Below are positions 33,523 through 42,547 of a stretch of DNA of 64,000 nt, in pieces; the stretch's first letter is position 1, and the number at the start of each line of letters is the position of its first letter. Made by a program: the position numbers and the translations under genes. The stretch lies in the IMG/VR virus record IMGVR_UViG_3300035182_002389, positions 138,519-202,518 of that record; one strand, given 5' to 3'. Origin of the DNA: a virus. Taxonomy: Duplodnaviria > Caudoviricetes. Below the pieces are notes generated by a model. The model ran no database searches and was not told the DNA's origin. It saw only the letters and a program-made list of their open reading frames with translations.

Positions 33523-35703
33523 ATGTCCGCACAGCTCAAAGCACTCACGATTCAAAGCGGCGTCACCCAGCGCATTGGGTCGACGTCCAGCCTCGAAGTC
33601 GGCAACGGCATCAACTCGACGTCGGGCAACAACCTCGCCATCACGGGCGGCGCCGCCGCCGACAGCATCAGCATCGGTTCGACGACGACCAGCGGATCGA
33701 TCAGCATCGGCGGAACAGTCACCACCGGCACGATCAACATCGGTGACGCGTCGGTCGCCGGTCTGAACATCAACATCGGCACCAACATGGGGGCGCCGGG
33801 AACGATCACGATCGGCACCGCAGGCCAAGGCACCGTTCAGTTTCCCGGCGTCGTGAACTTCACGTCGGCGACCGCCTCCCCGGACGTCTCGTTCACCGGC
33901 AACGTGCAGATCGGCAGCAACCCGTACGACGGCGACCAGCTCTCGATCTACTCGCACGTCACGACCAGCATCACGTTCGATGGTGCGGGCGCGCACAGCG
34001 TCCTCCAGTTCGCGAGCGCGACCGGCCAGAACCTCACCTTCGCAGGCGGTCAGGGCACCGCCGGTGCTGGCGGGCAAGCAATCTTCGTCGGCGGCGCAGG
34101 TACGACCACAGGCGGTCTTGCCTCGGTCACCGGCGGCGCAGGTGCAGGCGGTCTCGGCGGTGGAGCGTCCCTCATCGGCGGCCTCGGCTCGACCACCGGC
34201 GGCGCAGTCACCGTCACCGGCGGCGCCGGCACGGCGACTGCGGGCGGCGCGGTCAACATCACGAGCGGCAACGGCGCCACGGCAGCCGGCGACGTCACGC
34301 TCGGAGTCGGCACCGGCGGCACCGGCACGATCACCATCGGCGGAACCAACCCGACCACGACCACGATCGGTCTGTCGAGCGTGTCGAGCCTCCTCGACCT
34401 GCTCTCGATCATCATCACGCCGACCGTCCACTTCCTCAAGGAAGTCAACCACACGCTCCTCGTCGACCCGTCGACCACGGGCGGCGCTGCTGGCGGCAAC
34501 TTCACCTCGCAGGCGGGTGCGGCCGAAGCTGCCGGCGCCGGCACGGGCGGCGTCATCCGCCAAACGGCTGGCGCGGGCGGGGATACTGGCATCGGCGGCG
34601 CGGCGTTCGTCACTGGCGGCGCCGGCGGCGCAACCAGCGGGGCGGGCGGAGCGGTCACCTTCACAGGCGGCGCTGCCACCAGCGGCGCGGGCGGGGCTTC
34701 GTCCCTCGTCGGCGGCGCAGGCGGCACGGCTGGAGCTGGCGGCGCGACCTTCGTAACTGGAGGTGTCGCAGGCGTCACGGGCATCGGCGGCGCAACCAAC
34801 ATCGCCGGCGGACTCGGCGGCGCAACCAGCGGCAACGGCGGCGCGGTCAACCTGACCGGCGGCGCAGCGGCAACGGAAGGCGTCGGCGGCTTCGTCACCA
34901 TCGCAGGCGGCGCGGCAGCGACTGCTACCTCGCAGAACGGAGGCAACGTCGCCATCAACGGCGGCGCGCTCGCCGGCGGCGGCACCAACGGTCTGGTCCT
35001 CATCGGCCAGGCGAACACCTCCGCGATCAACCTGTACGCGAACACCACCGCACAGGCAGGCGTCGCTATCGGGGCTACGGGCACCGGCTACATCAACCTG
35101 CCGAACAACACAGCGCCCAGCACGGTGTTCTTCAGGATTGGTGGGACCGCCGTCGGAACTGGCGCCGCAGGCGCAAATATCACGGCTGCGAACTTCGACG
35201 TCCTATTCGCGGGCCCGACCTCGGACGCCTCGAACCTCCACACCCACACGAGCCTCTCGGCCGCAGTGACCATCCCGGTCAAGGCCGGTGAAGCCATCGT
35301 TGCCGTCGGCTCGCCGATCTTCACGAAGTTCTCGACGACATCGCGAGGCTTCAACATCGACGAAACCAACAATGTGGGAGCCCGCGGCGCTGCCGCAGGC
35401 AACGCCATTGGTCTCGCAGCGACACTGCCGGCACCGAACGCGGCAGGCAACAACTTCAACGTGCAGGTCGCCGGAGAGCTGACCGTTGCCGACGCCGTCT
35501 TCGTAACCGCTCCGGTCGCGGCCACGGACACGGGCAACGTCATCTGGGGCGCCAAGACCAGCGGCAAGCTCACCATGGACGTCTCGGCCTTCGTTGCCGG
35601 CGACGTCGTGCAGAAGATGGGCATCCTCGGCGCCAGCCAGGGGCCCGGCACCCCGAACGCCAACGTCGTGGTCGTGCAGATCGGCGACGTCGTCCTGCTC
35701 TGA
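33523..35703 (+). CDS. Gly/Thr-rich fibre/spike protein with GGAVxxTGGAG repeats
   Basis: Two blocks of ~13-16 aa repeats; C-terminal domain similar to 32670 C-terminus (AIGLA..VQVAGEL..VVQKMGIL). Confidence 0.75.
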   Translation: MSAQLKALTIQSGVTQRIGSTSSLEVGNGINSTSGNNLAITGGAAADSISIGSTTTSGSISIGGTVTTGTINIGDASVAGLNINIGTNMGAPGTITIGTAGQGTVQFPGVVNFTSATASPDVSFTGNVQIGSNPYDGDQLSIYSHVTTSITFDGAGAHSVLQFASATGQNLTFAGGQGTAGAGGQAIFVGGAGTTTGGLASVTGGAGAGGLGGGASLIGGLGSTTGGAVTVTGGAGTATAGGAVNITSGNGATAAGDVTLGVGTGGTGTITIGGTNPTTTTIGLSSVSSLLDLLSIIITPTVHFLKEVNHTLLVDPSTTGGAAGGNFTSQAGAAEAAGAGTGGVIRQTAGAGGDTGIGGAAFVTGGAGGATSGAGGAVTFTGGAATSGAGGASSLVGGAGGTAGAGGATFVTGGVAGVTGIGGATNIAGGLGGATSGNGGAVNLTGGAAATEGVGGFVTIAGGAAATATSQNGGNVAINGGALAGGGTNGLVLIGQANTSAINLYANTTAQAGVAIGATGTGYINLPNNTAPSTVFFRIGGTAVGTGAAGANITAANFDVLFAGPTSDASNLHTHTSLSAAVTIPVKAGEAIVAVGSPIFTKFSTTSRGFNIDETNNVGARGAAAGNAIGLAATLPAPNAAGNNFNVQVAGELTVADAVFVTAPVAATDTGNVIWGAKTSGKLTMDVSAFVAGDVVQKMGILGASQGPGTPNANVVVVQIGDVVLL

Positions 35704-35818
35704 TCCGTAGTTCTGACCTGTAGCGGCGATGGGAAATCGGGTATCCTCGCCACGCCCCGCTGTCGAGCCGGGCGTGATGGGGAACTCGACGAACCATTCG
35801 CCGATACAGGAGAACACC

Positions 35819-36184
35819 ATGGCCAAGAAGCCGAAGGCGACCAAGTCGCCCGTGAAGGTCTCGAACGTTCGAGCCTTTCCATCGCCGCCCGCAGCCTTCA
35901 AGGGCAAGGCGGCGAACGCTACAGTGCCCGCGGAGCTGAAGCTCTCGGACGAGCAGATGAACGAGCTTCGCGCGATGGATCAGAACATCGCCAAGCTCAA
36001 GAACGAACTCGGCCACACGACCATGCAGTCTCGGATCAACGAGGCTCGCCTGATCAACGCTCTCATCGAGGCTCAGAAGAGCATCGAGGAGAAGGCTAAG
36101 GCGCACGGCGCTTCGCTCGGCATCGATCTGGACAAGGAGCGCTGGAGCCTCGATTTCCAGACGGGCCTCTTCACCAAGTCGTAG
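35819..36184 (+). CDS. Coiled-coil protein, possible fibre assembly chaperone
   Basis: AGGAG RBS; LKLSDEQMNELRAMDQNIAKLKNEL heptads; follows fibre gene. Confidence 0.55.
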   Translation: MAKKPKATKSPVKVSNVRAFPSPPAAFKGKAANATVPAELKLSDEQMNELRAMDQNIAKLKNELGHTTMQSRINEARLINALIEAQKSIEEKAKAHGASLGIDLDKERWSLDFQTGLFTKS

Positions 36185-36267
36185 TCGGCGACACCCGGTG
36201 GTAGCATGAGGGCGGCGCTCCAGAAGCTTGGGGTGGCCGCCCTCGAAGTTGTTGGGAGCCTTCATCC

Positions 36268-36729
36268 ATGACCACCCGCAAAGTCCTCGTCGAAGTCAGC
36301 GGACTCACGCGAGAGATCGCGGACGCGGACAGCGCAGGCGTCGGCGCAGGGCTCGTGTTCACGAACACGGCCGCACACATCGACGCGGCCGGCGGAACGA
36401 TCAGCTTCACCGACACCAACGGAACCAAGAACCTGAGCGCGATGCCCGTCATGGGCACGATCATCCTCGACTTCGGCGCCTTCCCAGGATCTTCCAACGC
36501 ATCCGTCGCCGTTGCGGACGCCGGCATCAAAGCCGGTTCTGTGACAACCGCCCAGATCGAGCCAATCGCAACCGCCGATCACTCGGCCGACGAGCACATC
36601 GCCGATCCGCCGGCTGTCTACGCAGACAGCGTTGTTGCTGGCGTAGGGTTCACTGTTCGAGGCAGCTACACGCAGCAAGATGGCGCACGGACTTACGGTA
36701 AGTGGACGGTCGCCTGGTCGCGGACGTAG
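36268..36729 (+). CDS. Beta-rich putative virion protein (153 aa)
   Basis: Thr/Gly/Val-rich, in structural module. Confidence 0.65.
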   Translation: MTTRKVLVEVSGLTREIADADSAGVGAGLVFTNTAAHIDAAGGTISFTDTNGTKNLSAMPVMGTIILDFGAFPGSSNASVAVADAGIKAGSVTTAQIEPIATADHSADEHIADPPAVYADSVVAGVGFTVRGSYTQQDGARTYGKWTVAWSRT

Positions 36730-36780
36730 CCTTCTTTCCAACGATTTTTCGCCGATCTACGCACGCAAGAGGAAACGAAC

Positions 36781-38280
36781 ATGGGCCTGCAAATCATCGG
36801 AACCTCGGGCATTGGCTACATCGCCGACGTCAACATCGATCAGCAGTTGCAAGTCAACACGCCCATCACCATCACGGGCCTCGCTGTTGGACGCGGTCCC
36901 GGATTTCTTGCGCTGGTATCCGAAAACGATCCGGGCACCATCACGGGCGAGCGCTACCTGCTGCCGCCGGAGACGGATGACGACTACCGTCTGCGCGTCG
37001 GCGTCGACTCGCTCAAGTTCTTCGAGCCGTGGGCGCAGTCGACCATCAACTCGGGCACGTGGTCGCTCGTGTCGACGACGCTCCTCACCACCGTGACCGG
37101 CGGATACTGCAAGCTCAACAGCTCGGGACTCACGACGGCCAACGGCGTCGCGCGCATCATGACGCTGCGCACGTTTCCGTCCTACTCGACCTACCCGATC
37201 TACGTCACCTTCCAGTTGCAGGTGAACGCTTCGGCCCTCGGCATCCCAAACACGCAATGGGAGGCCGGGCTCTGCCTCAACGGCACGACTGCAAACACCG
37301 CAACACCAACCGACGGCATCTACCTGCGCATGTCGAGCTTGAGCGTGCTTACGCTCGTCTCGAACTTCGCCGGTGCAGAAACGACATCGGCACCCATCAA
37401 CTACGCCGGACTCGCGGTCAACACCAACTACGAAGTCCTCATCACCGTCACCCCGGGCAGCTTGGAGCTGTGGATCAACAACGTCCTCTACGCAGAGGTC
37501 GCTACACCAACCGCGCTCCCCGACTTCACGCAGTCACTCGCGCTGCCGTTCAACGCTCGTATCTACAACACAGCGACACCGCCCGCTTCTGCAACGACCC
37601 TCGCCATCGGCGCCATCGAGGTCTCTTACGGTGGCATGAACAACGCTGCGAGCTTCCCCGATCGCGTCGCGATGAGTGAGCAGGGTGGCTATCAGACGCA
37701 GTCGGGAACCATTGCTCCTGCACAAACTGCGCAGTGGGCCAACAACGCTGCTCCTGCCACCATCACCCTCGCTTTTCCCGGCTCCAACACAGCCGCGGCG
37801 TACACCACCTTCGGAGGCGCATTCATCGTGGCCGCGCCCGCAGGATCGGAAAACGACGCGCTCCTGTTCGGATTTCAGGTTCCCGCCAACGCTGCGGGAG
37901 CCATGAATCGAAATCTACTCATTCGAGGCGTGCGCATCCGAACCGTCAACATCGGAGCTGCGGTCGCGACGACCGCAACCGTCTTGCAGTGGGGCATTGC
38001 CGTCGGTTCCTCCGTGGTATCTCTCGCCGCCACAAGCGATACGACCACGACGTCCTCGGCAGTCAAAAGCCCGCGTCGCAAAGCGCTCGGCATGCAGGGC
38101 TTCATCGTCGGCGCTGCCATTGGCACCGAAGCTCAGCTCATCGACTGCTACTTCGGCGATTCGCCCCTCTTCGCAGAACCGGGAAGCTTCGTGCAGATCA
38201 TGATGCGCATCCCTGTCGGCACTGCGACGGCATCGCAGCTTCTGCGCGGCATCGTCGACATCGACGCGCAGTACGAGTGA
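36781..38280 (+). CDS. Putative spike / receptor-binding protein, paralog of 38311
   Basis: GAGG RBS; ETDDDYRLRVGVD, LELWINNV lectin-like core, MSEQGGYQTQSG, ends DIDAQYE. Confidence 0.75.
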   Translation: MGLQIIGTSGIGYIADVNIDQQLQVNTPITITGLAVGRGPGFLALVSENDPGTITGERYLLPPETDDDYRLRVGVDSLKFFEPWAQSTINSGTWSLVSTTLLTTVTGGYCKLNSSGLTTANGVARIMTLRTFPSYSTYPIYVTFQLQVNASALGIPNTQWEAGLCLNGTTANTATPTDGIYLRMSSLSVLTLVSNFAGAETTSAPINYAGLAVNTNYEVLITVTPGSLELWINNVLYAEVATPTALPDFTQSLALPFNARIYNTATPPASATTLAIGAIEVSYGGMNNAASFPDRVAMSEQGGYQTQSGTIAPAQTAQWANNAAPATITLAFPGSNTAAAYTTFGGAFIVAAPAGSENDALLFGFQVPANAAGAMNRNLLIRGVRIRTVNIGAAVATTATVLQWGIAVGSSVVSLAATSDTTTTSSAVKSPRRKALGMQGFIVGAAIGTEAQLIDCYFGDSPLFAEPGSFVQIMMRIPVGTATASQLLRGIVDIDAQYE

Positions 38281-38310
38281 GGCGTCGCGGACGACCCGAG
38301 GGCTTCATTC

Positions 38311-39819
38311 ATGGCACTAAAAATCACCGGAACGTCGGGATATACTGCCGACATTGATGCAGACGGCCGACTCCTAATCAACGGCCCCATTGTTGATTTT
38401 GGAGGACCAAGTCCGCTCCTTCCCGGACGTGGTCCGGGATTCTTCGCTATCGCCGCCGAAACCGATCCGGGAGCGTACACCGCGTCTCGCTTGATACTTG
38501 GTTCCGAAACGGACGATGACTACCGCCTGCGAACTGGCGTCGATTCTCTTCAGTTCTTCGAGCCGTTCGCGCTCATCACGATCAACAGCGGCACGTGGTC
38601 GCTCACGACCTCGAACATGACCGTGGTCGTGGGAAGAGGATCGGCGACGCTCAACAGCAACGCAATCCTCACTTCCGGTTCCTACGCAGTCCTCAACACC
38701 CTGCGAAGCTTCGCGCTCTACAGCTCGTTCGAGACGCGAGTTGTCTTCCAGATGATGATCCAAACGGGCGCCGCCGCAGGATCGGCGGCGCCACTCTTCA
38801 TCGCAAATACCGTCTGGGAGGTCGGACTCTACATCGCCTCGGGCGTCAGTGCCCCGACCGACGGCGTCTTCGTCCGCATGAATGATGTGGGACAGATGTC
38901 TCTCATCGCGAGCTTCAACGGCACAGAGACTAGCGCAGTCGTTACGACCACGGACATGCTCCCGTTCACCAGCTATCAGTACGAAGTCAACATCCTGCCA
39001 GAGCACATCGAGTTGTGGATCGATAACGTTCTTCGCGCATCCATTCGCGTGAACGTTCCAGCTCCTTTCACCGTACCGGGCCCAACCATCTCGCCCGCTC
39101 TGCCGTTCACAGCCCGCGTCTACAACAGCGGCGTCGCAACGCAGTTCACAAGGCTCGCTATCGGCCCCATCGAAATCAGCACAGGAGCGATGCAAAACTC
39201 GACACGATTTTACGATCGTGTCGCGATGAGCGAGCAGGGCGGCTACCAAACGCAGTCTGGCAACACCACGCCCGCGCAAACTGCGAACTGGACCAACAGC
39301 CTCGTTCCGGGCACCGCGGCGCTCGCCAACGCAACAGCCAGCTACACGACCATGGGCGGCGCGTTTCTCTTTGCCGCTATTGCAGGCGCGGAAACCGACT
39401 ACTGCCTCTTCGGGTTTCAGGTTCCCGCCGACTCTGTCGGCGGCATGAACCGGGATCTCGTCATCCGAGCCGTGCGCATTCGGACGGAAGCAACCGGCGG
39501 AAACGTCGCCGCAGCCGGGGCTGTTTTTCAGTGGGGCATCGCCGTCGGGTCAAACGCCGTCTCGCTCGCAACCGTGGAGACCACCACTACTGCATCCGCC
39601 GTCAAAGGGCCGCGCCGCAAGGCGCTCGGGATGCAGGGCTTCCCCGGCTCCTCCGTCATCGGCACCCGAGCACAAATGATCAACTCCTTCTTCGGCGATT
39701 CGCCGTTGTACTGCGAGTCGGGAGCGTTCGTGCAGATCATTCTCCGCGTCATCGTTGGGACAGTCGGAGGCGGATCGTTGTTTCGCGGCACCGTCGACAT
39801 CGACGCGCAGTACGAGTGA
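38311..39819 (+). CDS. Putative spike / receptor-binding protein, paralog of 36781
   Basis: ETDDDYRLRTGVD, IELWIDNV, MSEQGGYQTQSG, ends DIDAQYE. Confidence 0.75.
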   Translation: MALKITGTSGYTADIDADGRLLINGPIVDFGGPSPLLPGRGPGFFAIAAETDPGAYTASRLILGSETDDDYRLRTGVDSLQFFEPFALITINSGTWSLTTSNMTVVVGRGSATLNSNAILTSGSYAVLNTLRSFALYSSFETRVVFQMMIQTGAAAGSAAPLFIANTVWEVGLYIASGVSAPTDGVFVRMNDVGQMSLIASFNGTETSAVVTTTDMLPFTSYQYEVNILPEHIELWIDNVLRASIRVNVPAPFTVPGPTISPALPFTARVYNSGVATQFTRLAIGPIEISTGAMQNSTRFYDRVAMSEQGGYQTQSGNTTPAQTANWTNSLVPGTAALANATASYTTMGGAFLFAAIAGAETDYCLFGFQVPADSVGGMNRDLVIRAVRIRTEATGGNVAAAGAVFQWGIAVGSNAVSLATVETTTTASAVKGPRRKALGMQGFPGSSVIGTRAQMINSFFGDSPLYCESGAFVQIILRVIVGTVGGGSLFRGTVDIDAQYE

Positions 39820-39875
39820 TCTAAACAGGCATTGCGACCGCGAAACGTTGCGCCCGAACATCGAGGACCAGACCC

Positions 39876-40712
39876 ATGAGCAAGCAGATCGTCTCGTTCA
39901 ACGCCAACGTCACCGTCGAGTGCCGCTGGGCCGACTTCAAAGCCACGATCGCGGCCAAGAGCCTGTTCCACCAGTTCGCAGAGGATGCGGACACGTACAC
40001 GATCTTCGCCATCGACGGGCAGGTCGCCTACAAGACGATCCTGATCAAGAGCCCGGAGGCGAACGTCTACCCGTTCACGCCCGACTACGACCAGGCGGCC
40101 AACGACGCCGACCTCGCGGACTTCGAGACCAACTTCAAGCCAAGTGCGAACCACGTCCTCGATCCTCGGGCCGCTGACGGGCGCCTCACCGTGCGCCAGT
40201 CAACGGCCAACCGCATGGCGAACTTCAAGCTTCGCGCCGTCTCCTTCACCACGGCAAAGGCCGGCAGCGTCCACAACGTCAGCCCCATCACCAACAGCGC
40301 CTACGGAGATGTGACGCTGACGCTCTACGACGCCGCGGGAAACGCCACCGCCGTCGAAGCGGAGGCGGTCAAGACCGTCGTCGACTTCGAGCCGACATAC
40401 GACTACGAAATCATCGGAGGGTTCATCGACCTTCCTTCGGTCTTGAGGGACGGCACGACGAACCAGTGGTTCATCTCCGCGGTCGGCGTCCCGGACTATC
40501 CGCCCGTCTTCTTCGGGCAGGTCGACTTCGTGTCCGAAGTGAACCTCGAAGCCGTCACGAACCAGCGCGTCATCTCGGACGGTCGAGCGGTCTCCTTCAT
40601 GCCGTACAACTACGGCGGCAACCCGCACACCAACAGGATGCGCTTCACGATCAAGCATCCGGCCGGCGCGCAGCAGCGCTTCCAGTGCTACCTCGAACAC
40701 TTCACGAAGTAA
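39876..40712 (+). CDS. Putative virion structural protein (278 aa)
   Basis: GAGGA RBS; DLADFETNFKPSAN N-terminal module then beta-rich domain. Confidence 0.65.
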   Translation: MSKQIVSFNANVTVECRWADFKATIAAKSLFHQFAEDADTYTIFAIDGQVAYKTILIKSPEANVYPFTPDYDQAANDADLADFETNFKPSANHVLDPRAADGRLTVRQSTANRMANFKLRAVSFTTAKAGSVHNVSPITNSAYGDVTLTLYDAAGNATAVEAEAVKTVVDFEPTYDYEIIGGFIDLPSVLRDGTTNQWFISAVGVPDYPPVFFGQVDFVSEVNLEAVTNQRVISDGRAVSFMPYNYGGNPHTNRMRFTIKHPAGAQQRFQCYLEHFTK

Positions 40713-40718
40713 GCTTCC

Positions 40719-41138
40719 ATGGCCCACTTGAACCAGGCCTCGATGCCGCAGGCCGCGTGCGTGCTCGTCTTCGAGCCCACGACCCATCGCATCCTTGCGG
40801 TCTCTCGCCGGAACGACCCGACCGCCTTCGGGCTGCCTGGCGGAAAGGTCGACCCCGGCGAAACGCCCATTCACGCCGCAAGGCGCGAGATGCTCGAAGA
40901 GACGGGCTTCATCGTCAGGCTCGACCAACACGTCCTGACCGCGGTTTGCTTCGGAGAAGTCCCCCACCTCACGACCACCTACCTCGCCACCATCACTGGA
41001 TGGAACGGGCCATCGAACGAGAGCGGTCGCGTTGCGTGGGTCACGTGGGGCGATCTCTTTCAAGGGCCTTTCCGCGACTACAACCGGCAGCTCTACGAGA
41101 TCGTTCGCAGACTTTTTCCGAACCTTCGGCAAGCGTGA
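40719..41138 (+). CDS. NUDIX hydrolase
   Basis: Nudix box GLPGGKVDPGETPIHAARREMLEETG. Confidence 0.93.
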   Translation: MAHLNQASMPQAACVLVFEPTTHRILAVSRRNDPTAFGLPGGKVDPGETPIHAARREMLEETGFIVRLDQHVLTAVCFGEVPHLTTTYLATITGWNGPSNESGRVAWVTWGDLFQGPFRDYNRQLYEIVRRLFPNLRQA

Positions 41139-41145
41139 GGATCGT

Positions 41146-41448
41146 ATGACCTGGCTCTACGGCAAGACGGGCACGTCCTTCTTCGACGTCTGGTCGATCG
41201 TCCACTTCTGCTTTTGGGTATTCGCAGGCTCCGTCGCTTGGGGTGCGAAGGTGCAGAAGTGGTGGGCGCTCGCTGCGGGCGTCCTCTTCGCGCTCGCGTG
41301 GGAGTGCTTCGAGCGATACGCGGAAAAGCGCTGGCCGCAATATTGGCTCCACCCCGAGAGCTGGTGGAACTCGTGGATCAGCGACATCCTCATGTGCGTC
41401 CTCGGCGTCCTCTTCATCTGGGCGCTCCTAGACAGGTACGCGCGGTGA
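41146..41448 (+). CDS. Multi-pass membrane protein with H..G / WExxE / ND-like conserved polar residues
   Basis: SIVHFCFW..G, LAWECFE, NSWISDI; three hydrophobic helices. Confidence 0.7.
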   Translation: MTWLYGKTGTSFFDVWSIVHFCFWVFAGSVAWGAKVQKWWALAAGVLFALAWECFERYAEKRWPQYWLHPESWWNSWISDILMCVLGVLFIWALLDRYAR

Positions 41449-42053
41449 CCGTCGAGGCGTGGGCGGACATTGCGGGAAAACCGAACGACGCCGTCTACGT
41501 CGGCTTTTCCACAGTCCCAAGCAACCCTATCTCCAGGATCGTTCGGGCCGTCACTGGATCGGACGCGAGCCACGTCTGGCTCGTGGTAAGCCTCTTCGGC
41601 GTCAGGTGCGTCGTTGAAGCCGGAGATTTCGGATTCTTTCCCTCGATGACCTTCGATCGTTTCAGGAAAAAGAATCAGGTCGTCGACTTTTTCCCAATCC
41701 GGCACGACCTCCGCGCCGGCCTTCATTGGGCGGCAAACCACTTCGGAGAGAAGTACGACTACGGCGGCCTAATCGGCATGGCGCCCGTCATGCTCGGACG
41801 CTTCTTTCACCGACGATGGCGCAACCCGTTCGGCTCGCGTAATGCCCTGTTCTGCTCCGAAGCCATCTCAGAAATCTTCAAGCGATCCAGGGTGCCCGGC
41901 TTCCAGAAGTTTGTTCCAGAGGAAACCACCCCAGAACAGATTCGGACCGTGCTCCGCAACGCCGAGTTTCAGAGGCTCAGCGAAAGCGTTCGCCAGACTC
42001 GCGACAAGTCGAAGGTTTTGGTAGCATCACGAGCTAAGGAGGACCGCACATGA
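41445..42053 (+). CDS. Permuted papain-like amidase (YiiX/YebB-type NlpC/P60)
   Basis: GTGA overlap; ASHVW (His), EKYDY, LFCSEAI (Cys) in permuted order. Confidence 0.8.
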   Translation: MTVEAWADIAGKPNDAVYVGFSTVPSNPISRIVRAVTGSDASHVWLVVSLFGVRCVVEAGDFGFFPSMTFDRFRKKNQVVDFFPIRHDLRAGLHWAANHFGEKYDYGGLIGMAPVMLGRFFHRRWRNPFGSRNALFCSEAISEIFKRSRVPGFQKFVPEETTPEQIRTVLRNAEFQRLSESVRQTRDKSKVLVASRAKEDRT

Positions 42054-42115
42054 TCGGGAAAATGCTCGAATGGCGTTCGGGGTTGCTGCGTCGCTGCGGC
42101 AACGGGTGCAGATGA
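42050..42115 (+). CDS. 21-aa mini-ORF MIGKMLEWRSGLLRRCGNGCR
   Basis: AAGGAGG RBS 7 nt upstream; ATGA overlap at start and TGATG coupling to next gene. Confidence 0.45.
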   Translation: MIGKMLEWRSGLLRRCGNGCR

Positions 42116-42492
42116 TGGCCGTCGGAGGGGTCCTTGCCGCTTTGCTCCCGTGGGCGCTCGCCGTCTTCGGGCTGACCGTGATCATTGCGATCTCGCGCGT
42201 CATGCGGCCCCTCCGGCGGCTCTTTCGCCCCGTCGCGCCCGACGGCGTCACCGAGCTGCCCGTTGGCCGCGTCCGCGCGTTCTTCGGCCATCTCATCCAC
42301 TGCTGCATGTGCGTTGGAACCTGGGTTGGGTTCGTCTACGCCCTCCTGGGCTTCCAGATCATCCCGGAGCTTCCTCGCCTTGGCGTCATCCACATTCCCG
42401 GGCTCCACTACGCGCTCAACGCGTTCGCCGCAACGGGTGTATGCTGGTGCCTGCACGTGATCCTCACCAGGCTCGGCGCCGACAAGCTCTAG
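42115..42492 (+). CDS. DUF1360-like membrane protein
   Basis: IAISRVMRPLR..FFGHLIHCCMCVGTWVG motif; several TM helices; starts 42070/42112 also possible. Confidence 0.65.
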   Translation: MAVGGVLAALLPWALAVFGLTVIIAISRVMRPLRRLFRPVAPDGVTELPVGRVRAFFGHLIHCCMCVGTWVGFVYALLGFQIIPELPRLGVIHIPGLHYALNAFAATGVCWCLHVILTRLGADKL

Positions 42493-42547
42493 CCGGTCGT
42501 CTGCTCCTCGATCGCGACCGCGGTCGCCCGCCACAAGGAACTCCGCC

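Noticed and set aside
31113-35703. Collagen and Gly-rich genes as eukaryotic contamination
   Set aside because: Intronless, RBS-led, operonic and continuous in composition with flanking bacterial-type genes
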